From a bacterium (GTDB taxonomy: Bacteria; CSSED10-310; JAFGSJ01): a stretch of 64,000 bases of DNA. Of the stretch, positions 8,485 to 18,233 are shown one piece after another (positions within the stretch are counted from its first letter, which is position 1; every line of letters begins with the position of its first letter). The stretch lies in assembly GCA_016934675.1 (NCBI GenBank), contig JAFGSJ010000004.1, positions 12,799 through 76,798 of the forward strand, in the 5' to 3' direction. The position numbers and the translations under genes are program-made. Under the pieces are notes generated by a model. The model searched no databases. It saw nothing but the letters and a program-made list of their open reading frames with translations, and was not told where the DNA came from.

Positions 8485-11142
8485 ATGAAATCTGTGACAA
8501 ATAATCGTTTTAGGACCATGTTCCTGGCACTTCTGATCATGTCTTGGGCAGGCACCAGCTTGGCAATCGAGCGGCGGGTCTATCAGACCAGACGGACCGC
8601 TGGCAGCCCGCCGGTTATTGATGGTCGGCTCGATGATCCGGTCTGGGAGCTTGTGGAGTGGAGCGGTGACTTTATTCAACGGAGTCCCCATGAAGGGAAA
8701 CCGCCTTCGGAGCAGACTGCTTTCAAAATCTTGTATGATGACTCTTTCCTCTATGTGGCTTTCCGCTGTTTTGATACGGAACCGGAACTGATCTCGAAAC
8801 GCCTGTCGCGTCGAGACGGTTTTGATGGGGACTGGGTCGAGATCAATATCGACAGCCTGTTCGATCATCGGACGGCCTATTCGTTTACCGCCAGTGTTTC
8901 CGGCGTCCTGGGCGATGAGTATATCTCTGAAGATGGCGATAACTGGGATACGAATTGGGACCCTATCTGGTATTTCGAAACAATGATCGATGAGCTGGGT
9001 TGGACTGCCGAATTCAGGATTCCATTGAGTCAGCTACGTTTCAGTTCTGCACGGGAACAGGTCTGGGGCATACAATGCACTCGGCGAATTTTTCGCTATG
9101 AGGAACGCTCGAACTGGCAGAATATTCCCCGTGAGGAAACGGGTTGGGTCAGTCTTTTCGGTGAACTGCACGGCATTACCGGACTTGAACCGAAACGGCA
9201 GATTGAACTTCTGCCCTATGGTGTGGCCCAGTATGAACGTTTTCCCCGCGAAAGGGGGAATCCTTATGCTCGAGGTGAGCGGACCGAGTTCGACGCAGGT
9301 CTGGACGGTAAACTTGGATTGAGCACGAATTTTGTGCTGGATTTCACCATCAATCCGGATTTCGGCCAGATCGAGGCTGACCCTTCCGAAGTCAATTTGA
9401 CGGCGTACGAGACCTTTTTCGATGAGAAGAGGCCATTTTTTATCGAGGGGCGTAACATCCTGGATTATTGTTTAACAACAGGGATGTGGGAGGACAATTA
9501 TTCGAGCGATACCCTGTTTTACTCGAGACGGATTGGTCGGGCCCCCCATCGGACACTATCTTCCGACGCCGCCAATGCATATTTTGTCGATCAACCGGAT
9601 GAAACCACCATTCTCGGTGCCTTGAAACTCACCGGCAAGTCCAGGAACGGTCTGGCGATCGGCATTCTCGAGGGGATTACCGCTGCGGAAGACGCCCGAG
9701 TCGAAATCGCCGGCCAGGAACATCATGAACGGGTCGAACCCCTGACCAATTATTTCATCGCATGTATTCAAAAGGATTATGATCAGGGCAATACGGTCAT
9801 CGGAGGTATGTTCACCTCGACCGAACGCGATCTGGACCGTGATGAGTTGGATTTCCTGCATCGTTCGACCTTAACCGGCGGCTTGGACCTCTTTCAGCGC
9901 TGGGCCGATCAGACTTACTATTTCGGCGGAAAGCTGTTTTTCAGCCAGGTCCGGGGCGATCAGGAGGCCATATATCTGACCCAGACCTCCTCGACCCATT
10001 ATTTTCAGCGACCTGACGCCGATCACGTCAACCTGGACCCGGACCGGACCTCACTGACTGGGCACGGCGGCTCACTTAAAATTGGAAAAAGCTCTGGTGA
10101 AGGGTTCCGGTTCGAGAGTGGACTGACCTGGCGCTCGCCCGGACTCGAATTGAATGATCTGGGTTATCTCCGGTCCGACGACCGGATCAATGCCTGGACC
10201 TGGGTCGGCTATCGCATAATCCAGCCGTTTTCCGTGTTTAATGCTTTCAGTACCAATTTGAATGGAACAAACCAATGGGATTTCAGCGGTGAGCATGAAT
10301 GGAACAAACTCAATCTGAACTCGAATGCGGAATTCAAAAACTTCTGGACCGGCTCGGCCGGATTGACTTACCAGGAGGAGTCACTCTCGAGGAGTGCCTT
10401 GCGGGGTGGTCCTTCGCTCAAGGTTCCCGCAGGTCTCTCCGCGGTCGTTTCCTGTGTTACCGATTACCACAAACGACTCTATGGCGAATATGGCTTCGAA
10501 AGTTACCAGGGCGAGTATGGTTCATCGAATCTGGCCAATGTCTGGTTCTCCCTATGCTATCGTCCCTCGAACGCACTGAAAGTGACCTTCAATCCTTCAT
10601 ACGTGAATAGAGCTGATGCCGATGAGTATATCTCAACGATCGAGGACTCACAGACCGAGAATTACTACATTTTCGGAAAAATCCATCAGTCAACACTGGC
10701 AATGACGATCAGACTTGACTATACGTTGACCCGCAATTTGACGATCCAATATTACGGTCAACCCTTCATCAGTTCGGGCTCATATTCGCATTTCAAAAGA
10801 GTGACCGATCCGCGGGCCAAAGACTACCACAACCGCTATTATCAGTATGACTCCTCGGAGATTACCTATGCAGATCGGCGTTATTCCATCGATGAAAACC
10901 ATGACGGTTCAACGGATTATGACTTTGATGATCCGGATTTCAATGTTCAACTCTTCATTTCCAATCTGGTAGTCAGATGGGAGTATGTGCCCGGCTCGAC
11001 GCTCTATGTGGTCTGGTCACAAAATCGGGAAGCTTATCTGACAACAGGCGATTTCGCGGTGGGGGACGATCTCGATCATCTGTTCTCGATCCAACCCGAG
11101 AATATTTTTCTTGTCAAAATGAACTACTGGCTCTCATTATAG
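8485..11142 (+). CDS. DUF5916-family exported protein (CBM9/DOMON-like N-domain plus probable outer-membrane barrel)
   Basis: Signal peptide, PPVIDGRLDDPVW, NPDFGQIEADP, ETFFDEKRPFFIEG, terminal FLVKMNYWLSL. Confidence 0.85.
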   Translation: MKSVTNNRFRTMFLALLIMSWAGTSLAIERRVYQTRRTAGSPPVIDGRLDDPVWELVEWSGDFIQRSPHEGKPPSEQTAFKILYDDSFLYVAFRCFDTEPELISKRLSRRDGFDGDWVEINIDSLFDHRTAYSFTASVSGVLGDEYISEDGDNWDTNWDPIWYFETMIDELGWTAEFRIPLSQLRFSSAREQVWGIQCTRRIFRYEERSNWQNIPREETGWVSLFGELHGITGLEPKRQIELLPYGVAQYERFPRERGNPYARGERTEFDAGLDGKLGLSTNFVLDFTINPDFGQIEADPSEVNLTAYETFFDEKRPFFIEGRNILDYCLTTGMWEDNYSSDTLFYSRRIGRAPHRTLSSDAANAYFVDQPDETTILGALKLTGKSRNGLAIGILEGITAAEDARVEIAGQEHHERVEPLTNYFIACIQKDYDQGNTVIGGMFTSTERDLDRDELDFLHRSTLTGGLDLFQRWADQTYYFGGKLFFSQVRGDQEAIYLTQTSSTHYFQRPDADHVNLDPDRTSLTGHGGSLKIGKSSGEGFRFESGLTWRSPGLELNDLGYLRSDDRINAWTWVGYRIIQPFSVFNAFSTNLNGTNQWDFSGEHEWNKLNLNSNAEFKNFWTGSAGLTYQEESLSRSALRGGPSLKVPAGLSAVVSCVTDYHKRLYGEYGFESYQGEYGSSNLANVWFSLCYRPSNALKVTFNPSYVNRADADEYISTIEDSQTENYYIFGKIHQSTLAMTIRLDYTLTRNLTIQYYGQPFISSGSYSHFKRVTDPRAKDYHNRYYQYDSSEITYADRRYSIDENHDGSTDYDFDDPDFNVQLFISNLVVRWEYVPGSTLYVVWSQNREAYLTTGDFAVGDDLDHLFSIQPENIFLVKMNYWLSL

Positions 11143-11158
11143 TGTCTGTGTTCAGCAA

Positions 11159-13219
11159 TCATACAACGGTCATCACGGTCTGAAAGGTCTCGGAACGATT
11201 TCCGACCCGATCGGTCAACTGGACTTTCAATACATGTCGTCCCAGAGCGGTGCCCAGTGGTATCTGAATCTCGAGCCAATGCCGGTCCGGATCATACTCG
11301 GCCTCGAGGGCTTGATCGTCGAGACTGATTTCCATGTGTTCATCATCAATGCCGGTGCCCTCATCTCTGACCGTTAATCTGATCAGGGCCCCACGTTTGA
11401 CCGAAGCGGGCTTGAAACCTGCCTGGGCTTGAATGGTGGGCGGCACAAGGTCCAGAAAGAGTGCAAATGTACTGAGATACCTGATCTGGGCTTCGAGGAC
11501 CATCGCGTTCGGACCGGGCCGTTGACTGGAATACTGATAGCTCCAGTAGTGACCGTTTTCATAATACTGATATATTCCGAGTTTGGTCAGGTCAGACGAG
11601 CCCGTATCCGGAACCAGAAAGGTCAAAGTCGCAGTCCGGTCGAACGGTGTTCCGGCTGGGGTGAAGCTCACCGCCTGACCGAACGGGACCAGTTGTCCCT
11701 GGGCCTTGGCTTCGAACCGCTCGAAACCCAGATAGAGATGATCATACAAGGCAGCCTCGGGAATATACAAGACCAGATCATCATCTTTGAACCGGGCGGT
11801 CCTGCCTGGCTGAAAATGATAAAACATCCGGTTGTGCTCGAATAAAACCCGATTTGGATCAAGGGGATCTACGACCTTAATCTGAACCGGACCGGTCTGA
11901 TACGCACTCAGATCAATTATGCCCATGATCCGGCCCGGTCCGAACTCATACAGCGGCACTTTGATCAAAGCGTGACGCTCAGCATCGGAACAGAGTATCA
12001 GCGGGGCAAACTGGTCCGTGTGAGTCCGTTCAGCCTCGAACACATGAAACGAACCAAAATCCTTCACAGACACCGATTTTAAGACAGGTATTTCTGTCTG
12101 GCCCGGTCCGGAAATCCGGTCGCGGAAAGAAGACAGATCAGTGCGAATTCTCAAGGGTAGTTTCAGGGTTGCGTGGTTCCCGGCATAGTCCGAAGCTACG
12201 AATTTCAGCAAGACCTTTTCTTGATGAAGGGTCTGCGTGTCAAGCGAGACTGTCGTTGTAGGCGAGGCCGACAGAAAGGGTGTCCCGGGCACAGAACCAT
12301 GCCCGAATTTATGGATATAACGTGTCGGTGAATAACCGGATGCAATGAGATCGTAGAGCAATCCGTTCCGATGATTATTCGAGTAAGTCATGGCATCGAA
12401 CCGTATTCGTTTGATCAGAACATCATCGCGGCATAGATCGAGTTGATAGATGCCGACTTTATTTGCGGCCCCAATCGTATCATGGACATCAACAGCGAAT
12501 TCGATCGAACCGGTGACCACGGGCAGCTTTTGTTCGGTCATTCCGGCAAGTTGGCTGGTAGTCAATACCAGGGTCTCGGGCGAAAAATTCACAAAGGAGC
12601 CGGCTGAGATCGGTTTGAGTGACACACTCTTGAATGTCGGAACGGTCGTGTCCTTGAAAGCAGGTGTCAGATAGGGCAGGGGATTGATCGGCTTGTCTTC
12701 ACCCTGTCTGAGCTCGAAGTGAAGGTGAGGTAAACCAGCACCTGTTTCACCGGACCAGGCGATGAGCTGGTTTTTGGTTACCGGCACCGACAGAAAGATA
12801 TTACCCGGATATTTCCTCTTTTCCAATTGGGCCTGGGCAACATGGCTTTCGAGATGCAGGTAGTTTTCCTCGAATCTGAGCAGGTGGGCATAGACGCTGA
12901 CCAGGCCGTTTGCGTGTTTGATATACAAAGCTTTCCCGTAACCACGTTTCTGAACATTGAGGCGATAGATCGTTCCGGACTCAACAGCTCGGACCTCGAG
13001 TCCGGTTTGGCCGCCTGTTTTGAAATCGATCCCGGCATGAAAATGATTGTTGCGGAATTCACCAAATGAGGATGACAGGCCGATATAGGAACTCAATGGC
13101 CACTGCAGTGTGGGGAGTGGAGGTGTTGGTCCCGCAGCCATTAATACAATGATCAGACACACCAGCACAGTCAGAAAGATCTTAAATGTATTTCCCGGTA
13201 ATTTTGATTTTTCAGCCAT
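11159..13219 (-). CDS. M23 family metallopeptidase with C-terminal Ig-like domains
   Basis: N-terminal TM/signal, HAGIDF, YAHL, PHLHFE motifs. Confidence 0.9.
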   Translation of the reverse strand: MAEKSKLPGNTFKIFLTVLVCLIIVLMAAGPTPPLPTLQWPLSSYIGLSSSFGEFRNNHFHAGIDFKTGGQTGLEVRAVESGTIYRLNVQKRGYGKALYIKHANGLVSVYAHLLRFEENYLHLESHVAQAQLEKRKYPGNIFLSVPVTKNQLIAWSGETGAGLPHLHFELRQGEDKPINPLPYLTPAFKDTTVPTFKSVSLKPISAGSFVNFSPETLVLTTSQLAGMTEQKLPVVTGSIEFAVDVHDTIGAANKVGIYQLDLCRDDVLIKRIRFDAMTYSNNHRNGLLYDLIASGYSPTRYIHKFGHGSVPGTPFLSASPTTTVSLDTQTLHQEKVLLKFVASDYAGNHATLKLPLRIRTDLSSFRDRISGPGQTEIPVLKSVSVKDFGSFHVFEAERTHTDQFAPLILCSDAERHALIKVPLYEFGPGRIMGIIDLSAYQTGPVQIKVVDPLDPNRVLFEHNRMFYHFQPGRTARFKDDDLVLYIPEAALYDHLYLGFERFEAKAQGQLVPFGQAVSFTPAGTPFDRTATLTFLVPDTGSSDLTKLGIYQYYENGHYWSYQYSSQRPGPNAMVLEAQIRYLSTFALFLDLVPPTIQAQAGFKPASVKRGALIRLTVRDEGTGIDDEHMEISLDDQALEAEYDPDRHWLEIQIPLGTALGRHVLKVQLTDRVGNRSETFQTVMTVV

Positions 13220-13321
13220 ATTGTTGTAATATATAGGTCATCGAATACAGATCACAAACGGTGCAGCCCGAGTGTCTTCCGCCAGGCATGGCCTTGCAAT
13301 TCCCGGCGAGCATCGGAAAGG

Positions 13322-13870
13322 ATGTTTATAATGAAAAAGATGAAAAGGTCCACTGAACGAATGATACAATACCTGGTGTATATGCAGGTCCTGATTGTCT
13401 TGGCTTTCCTTATGGCTTGCAATCAAAGCGATACGTCCGAGAGTGCTTCAGAGCTTTTCGTTCAGTTGAATCATGGTGATTGCAAGGAGTTTGGTGCAGA
13501 CGATCAGGCGGCATCCGCGGGACCGTCTAACCATCAGGATTGTCTCGAGATACAGGCAAACGGGAACGTATTACAGTTGCGGCATCTCAATGCGGGTTTC
13601 AATTGTTGTCCCGCCCAGATCAATGCAGAAGTGACCCTGGAAGGTCCCATACTGACGATCTCTGAGAGTGAAAGCGAGCAGGGGTGTCATTGTCTGTGTT
13701 TGTACGATCTGGATTATACTATTCAGGGGTTGGGTCCTGGGATATATACGGTCCGGGTGGTGGAGCCCTATCTCGAGCCCGGGGATTCAGTCCTGGAATG
13801 CCAGTTCGACATGGATGGCTCGTCATCGACCTCCTGCTGTGTTGACCGTCATCACTATCCCTGGGAATAA
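13322..13870 (+). CDS. Cys-rich hypothetical lipoprotein
   Basis: Lipobox LMAC; ten further Cys incl. NAGFNCCP and GCHCLCLYDL; exact start uncertain. Confidence 0.75.
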   Translation: MFIMKKMKRSTERMIQYLVYMQVLIVLAFLMACNQSDTSESASELFVQLNHGDCKEFGADDQAASAGPSNHQDCLEIQANGNVLQLRHLNAGFNCCPAQINAEVTLEGPILTISESESEQGCHCLCLYDLDYTIQGLGPGIYTVRVVEPYLEPGDSVLECQFDMDGSSSTSCCVDRHHYPWE

Positions 13871-14025
13871 CATCCTCACATTGTACTTGTCTTTCAGACT
13901 CAAATCGAGTATACCTGATATTCGTCTTGTTCAGGTGAACAGTGAGACATGTTCATCATTCTCGTAATCATCATCTATCACAAAGAGAAATGATCAGAAA
14001 AACCTTTTTTCGAAAGGTGGGTGAA

Positions 14026-15390
14026 ATGACTCAACTCGTATCAAAAATCAACAGTATGTTCCGTCGGATACTCGAGGACCATCCCAATGCGCACCAGGTC
14101 TATCGGGAGCTCAGTGAGGGCATGTCCGCCAAGGGGTGCACTTTTGGCAGTGGACCGATGCCGTTGTATGTGAAGCCGTATTTCATCGATGGGGCCCGCA
14201 TGCCTGAGATCCGCTGGACGACCGAGGTATTGATGCGGATCATGAACAAAAGCGCCCAGTTGTATTTCAGCGATGATGCCGCCAAGCCATTGTTTTATCT
14301 TTCACCCGCAGAGACGGAACTGATCGACGTACCCGTGGGATATCATGATCGGATCCAGATCACCCGCAATGATGCTTTTCTGACGGATGACACATTATAC
14401 TATATCGAGTTCAATGCCGACAGCCCGGGCGGGCCGATGTATTCAGACGTTCAGGGCGATCTTATTCAACAGTCGGACGTTTTTGTCGAATTGTGCAAGC
14501 ATTTCACCGTGGGCCGCGACCTGATCATGTGGCAGATTCTCAGAATGCTCATGACCTGCTACAAAGAATGGGGTGGCAGAAAGGAGCAGCCGAACATCTG
14601 CATCACTGCCGGTCCCGAAAGCGGGACTGCTCCCGAATTTCATGCGATCATAGCCTGGTTGCAGTCACTGGGATTCAAGGCGGAATTTTGCGGGACAACT
14701 CATTGGACCTACACAAATGGCCATTTACGCACACCGAACGGTCTGGAACCGGATGTGATTTATCGGCGAGGCTGGATTGGAGACTGGATCGAGCATATGG
14801 ACGGAATCAAGCCGATCGTAGCCGCCTTGCGTGACCGGAAAGCCTGTATGGTCAATCCGCTTTCCTCGACCCTGGCCTCGAATAAATCGTTATTGGCCGT
14901 TTTGCAGCGTCCGGATATCAAGAAACTATTTACGACCGAGGAGCAGAAAGTCATCGAGACCTATCTGCCCTGGACCCGGGTTTTCGAACAAGGCAAGACT
15001 GATTTCCACGGTAAGAAGATTGATCTCCAGGAGTATGTCGGCAAGCATAAGGACACTTTTGTGCTCAAACCGATCGATTCCTATGGCGGTAAAAATGTCA
15101 TCGTCGGTTTTGCCACGGACCCAGGGGCCTGGGCTGAATGGGTCGACAAGGGCTGTGCTCCTAAAGGCAAGTTCGTTGTCCAGGAAGTTGTTCACATTCC
15201 AGAAGAAGAGCTACCGGTCTTCGTCGATGAAAAATTGCAGTTCGTCAAGAAAAAGATAAACGTGAATTTCTATTGTTACGGGGGCATCTATACCGGCGGT
15301 GTGGTCCGCTCCTCGGACAGCCCGGTCATCAATGTTCATCAGGGTGGCGGTATGACCCCAATAATGTTTGTTGATGGCGAACGCCATTGA
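14026..15390 (+). CDS. Circularly permuted ATP-grasp (glutathionylspermidine-synthase-like) amide ligase
   Basis: RNDAF, IEFNADSPGG, VIYRR, NKSLLAVL, LPWTR, VLKPIDSYGG, VQE; start moved to MTQL after AAGGTGGGTG. Confidence 0.85.
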   Translation: MTQLVSKINSMFRRILEDHPNAHQVYRELSEGMSAKGCTFGSGPMPLYVKPYFIDGARMPEIRWTTEVLMRIMNKSAQLYFSDDAAKPLFYLSPAETELIDVPVGYHDRIQITRNDAFLTDDTLYYIEFNADSPGGPMYSDVQGDLIQQSDVFVELCKHFTVGRDLIMWQILRMLMTCYKEWGGRKEQPNICITAGPESGTAPEFHAIIAWLQSLGFKAEFCGTTHWTYTNGHLRTPNGLEPDVIYRRGWIGDWIEHMDGIKPIVAALRDRKACMVNPLSSTLASNKSLLAVLQRPDIKKLFTTEEQKVIETYLPWTRVFEQGKTDFHGKKIDLQEYVGKHKDTFVLKPIDSYGGKNVIVGFATDPGAWAEWVDKGCAPKGKFVVQEVVHIPEEELPVFVDEKLQFVKKKINVNFYCYGGIYTGGVVRSSDSPVINVHQGGGMTPIMFVDGERH

Positions 15391-15464
15391 GATTTGAAGC
15401 GGAATTCTGAGTTGAAACCGGAGTTGATGCGATTGATATACGACCTGAGAAGCGGGGCTGAATA

Positions 15465-17255
15465 ATGCGATTACAGATCAAGCCGGGCTGGGTGCCATGG
15501 TTTTTACCTACGATTTTGTTCCTGGTCTTTGTTGGAGCACTGTTGTGTCCGGGATGTAGCGATGATGAGAATGATCCTGATATTATCGTCGATCTCCGGG
15601 CGGATGTGAATCGCAACGGGACGATTGATTTTTCTGATCCGACTGAAGACACTGACGAGGACAGTTGGGATACGACTCATGGCGCCATCTTTCTGGCGAA
15701 CATAGATGACGATCAGGAAACATGCCCAAATACGGGACCTGATCAGGAACTGGCCGCCTGTCATGATGCGATCGATGATGTGGTGAATGGAGAGAACGAT
15801 CTCCTGGATATGGCCCGCCTGCAAACGGCACCTTTTCACGATGCAACGGATGATGCCAACGGCAGGCTCAGTATAAGTGAACCGGGCAGGGCCTTTGTGC
15901 GGCTGTTTCGCAAAACAGGCGACAGCTATACGATCTATAGCCCGGAAGAAGAGCTATCGGTAACCGATCTTCGTCACGGGATCGAATTCAGGCTGGAAGC
16001 CTTGGATTTCGTGCGAGATAGTTCGGTCTGGGATGGTTACCTCGATGTTACCTTTAGCGTGACCACAGAGGGTATGACTTACGAGGACCTGGTCCGATTG
16101 CGTGTCTCGCCTCTGATTTTTCATCATCACCTCGACAGCATCAGCACCGCTTATGTGACTGCTTTTAACGACCAGGCCTCGATTACATTTCGCTCCGATC
16201 TGCAGGCGGCTTTGTCTGCTGCTTCAGTCGAAAATCCGCTCTATGAATTCAGGAGCATAGGCGATCAATGGACCCAGGATTTCATGGAAACGGCATACAT
16301 GTCCATGCCCGCTGAGGGAGGTCAGCATATCATCAGGGTCAATTTCCGCTCGGCGAATTTCACGAACAACAAACTGCGCAACGCAGGGCGGATCGTGTTT
16401 ACCCAGTTGCGTGGTCCGGACATGGCCGGGGCGGTCTGCTATGATCCGGCCCATTCGGATTATATGGATTCCTTGAACAGTTTCGGGAATCTGGAGGTCA
16501 TCCCACCGTTCTCTCATGCCGGCCAATCCTGGCCATTTGGCCGAATTATCCGCGGTAGCACTGCAAACTACTATCCGGACCAGTTTTTTGAGACCATGCT
16601 TGCCTCACAACAGATCCAGCTACCGGTCTCGATTGACACGGAATGGCTAATCGTTGGTCATGTCGATGAAGTATTCAGCTATGTTGAAGTGGAATCTGAC
16701 CGGGGTTGGCTGCTCCTGGCCAATGATCCGATTCTGGCTATTGCCATGCTGCAGGATTTGGAGGCAGCCGGATACGGTGATGTGTTGATGTTCGAGGGGA
16801 TGAGCTGGATGACGGGCCAATCAGCCGAGATTTCAGTTTCGCAAGTCCTATCCGATCCGGAACTCATGGACGCCAATGTCTGGGCCGCGATCATGGTTGA
16901 TGAAATGAAAACCACGTACCATGAGATCACCGGCATCGGCGCGGATGAGATAGTGCCCATACCATTCCTGCATCAGGAAGTCTATGGCTACTCACTTGCC
17001 TATCAGCCGGGCACGACGAACTCGATCATCATTTCCCGGGACCACTTCGCCACACCGGCAACACACGGTCCGGTCATTAACGGTCTTGATATTTTTCGGC
17101 AGCAATTGCAGGACACTCTGGCTGCTTCTGGGATCACAACGCATTTCGTAGAGGACTGGGACTTATACCATGCCCTCTGGGGTGAGATACACTGCGGATG
17201 TGCGGTGAGCCGCACTGTTCCTAACGACATAATCTGGTGGGAGAGTGATATATGA
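15465..17255 (+). CDS. Protein-arginine deiminase (animal/PADI type) lipoprotein
   Basis: Lipobox CPGC; GAIFLANIDDD, DQWTQD, SFGNLEVIPP, WLIVGHVDE, GEIHCG match PADI motifs with all catalytic residues. Confidence 0.92.
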   Translation: MRLQIKPGWVPWFLPTILFLVFVGALLCPGCSDDENDPDIIVDLRADVNRNGTIDFSDPTEDTDEDSWDTTHGAIFLANIDDDQETCPNTGPDQELAACHDAIDDVVNGENDLLDMARLQTAPFHDATDDANGRLSISEPGRAFVRLFRKTGDSYTIYSPEEELSVTDLRHGIEFRLEALDFVRDSSVWDGYLDVTFSVTTEGMTYEDLVRLRVSPLIFHHHLDSISTAYVTAFNDQASITFRSDLQAALSAASVENPLYEFRSIGDQWTQDFMETAYMSMPAEGGQHIIRVNFRSANFTNNKLRNAGRIVFTQLRGPDMAGAVCYDPAHSDYMDSLNSFGNLEVIPPFSHAGQSWPFGRIIRGSTANYYPDQFFETMLASQQIQLPVSIDTEWLIVGHVDEVFSYVEVESDRGWLLLANDPILAIAMLQDLEAAGYGDVLMFEGMSWMTGQSAEISVSQVLSDPELMDANVWAAIMVDEMKTTYHEITGIGADEIVPIPFLHQEVYGYSLAYQPGTTNSIIISRDHFATPATHGPVINGLDIFRQQLQDTLAASGITTHFVEDWDLYHALWGEIHCGCAVSRTVPNDIIWWESDI

Positions 17256-18217
17256 TGAAGATGAACTATTTCATGGCTCTAGTGCTGACCATGGTGGGAC
17301 TATGTTCTGTTCAGAACGGCGTCGCTGCTTTTCAATCCGGTGCTCTCATCGCACTTTCGGCGCTCACTCCGTCAGAACAGGATGCACTCCTGCTGGCAAT
17401 CAAACAAGCCCGAACCGACGAGCCTGACGCATTTGCCGCTGTCAAACAGGTCCGGGACAACCTGGCCGAGCTCGATGCCGTGAAACGTGGTCGTCTGGCT
17501 GTGATCACCCCGCTCCTGAAAAGTATAGGCGAAAAAGCACTCTATCCGCTTTTGGAACATATCGCAGTCAGTGATCCCGGCCCAACGGGCTTGACCACGA
17601 CCGCCTGGTTGGCCTGGCAGTTGGGACTACTCGAAGCTGTGGGCATGCTCCGAGATGGGCGGACCGCGCCTGTTCTGCGTGCCGTAATCCAAAGCGAACA
17701 GCACGAGCTCGAAGTGTTCGAGACCGCGGTAGCGGCGTATGCCAAACTCGCGACCGACCGGGTCGTGCAGGACTTACTCGAACTGTCTTCCTGTCCGGAA
17801 CCAAAACGTGCATCTGTTCTGGCAGGCATGGGCTTCTGTCGCCGGCTGGACATTGCCCGACACCTGGCCACGACACTTCAAGAAAATCCGGACCAAAACA
17901 CTGCCCTGATCGTGGCCCGGGCCCTGGGCAGGATCGGGTCGGCCCTGGCCTGGCAGACGGAAATCATCGCACTCAGCGGTCAAGAAGGTCCGGTCCGGAC
18001 CATGGCGGCCCGATCTCTGGTCGAAGCATACCTACGCTTCAGCCCGGAGGTCCAAAAGATGATCATCCGTTCTCTTCTCATGATTGATCATCCCGATACC
18101 TTGGACTATATTCAGGAACTCAGAATGACAACAAACCCTGATCGATATCAAGAACTCGATCAGCTCATCGAAAGGTTCCAGAAGAGCCCGTTACGGCGCA
18201 TCCGGACCATACCCTGA
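17252..18217 (+). CDS. Secreted alpha-helical (HEAT-repeat-like) hypothetical protein
   Basis: ATGA overlap with PAD stop; signal peptide; repeated LLEAVGML / ARALGRIG helical motifs. Confidence 0.7.
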   Translation: MMKMNYFMALVLTMVGLCSVQNGVAAFQSGALIALSALTPSEQDALLLAIKQARTDEPDAFAAVKQVRDNLAELDAVKRGRLAVITPLLKSIGEKALYPLLEHIAVSDPGPTGLTTTAWLAWQLGLLEAVGMLRDGRTAPVLRAVIQSEQHELEVFETAVAAYAKLATDRVVQDLLELSSCPEPKRASVLAGMGFCRRLDIARHLATTLQENPDQNTALIVARALGRIGSALAWQTEIIALSGQEGPVRTMAARSLVEAYLRFSPEVQKMIIRSLLMIDHPDTLDYIQELRMTTNPDRYQELDQLIERFQKSPLRRIRTIP

Positions 18218-18233
18218 ATACTGTAGGTGAGTC

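Noticed and set aside
15386-15460. Repeated TTGA/GAGTTGA words between the ATP-grasp and PAD genes
   Set aside because: Irregular spacing and too short to support an operator or array; no precursor peptide ORF found
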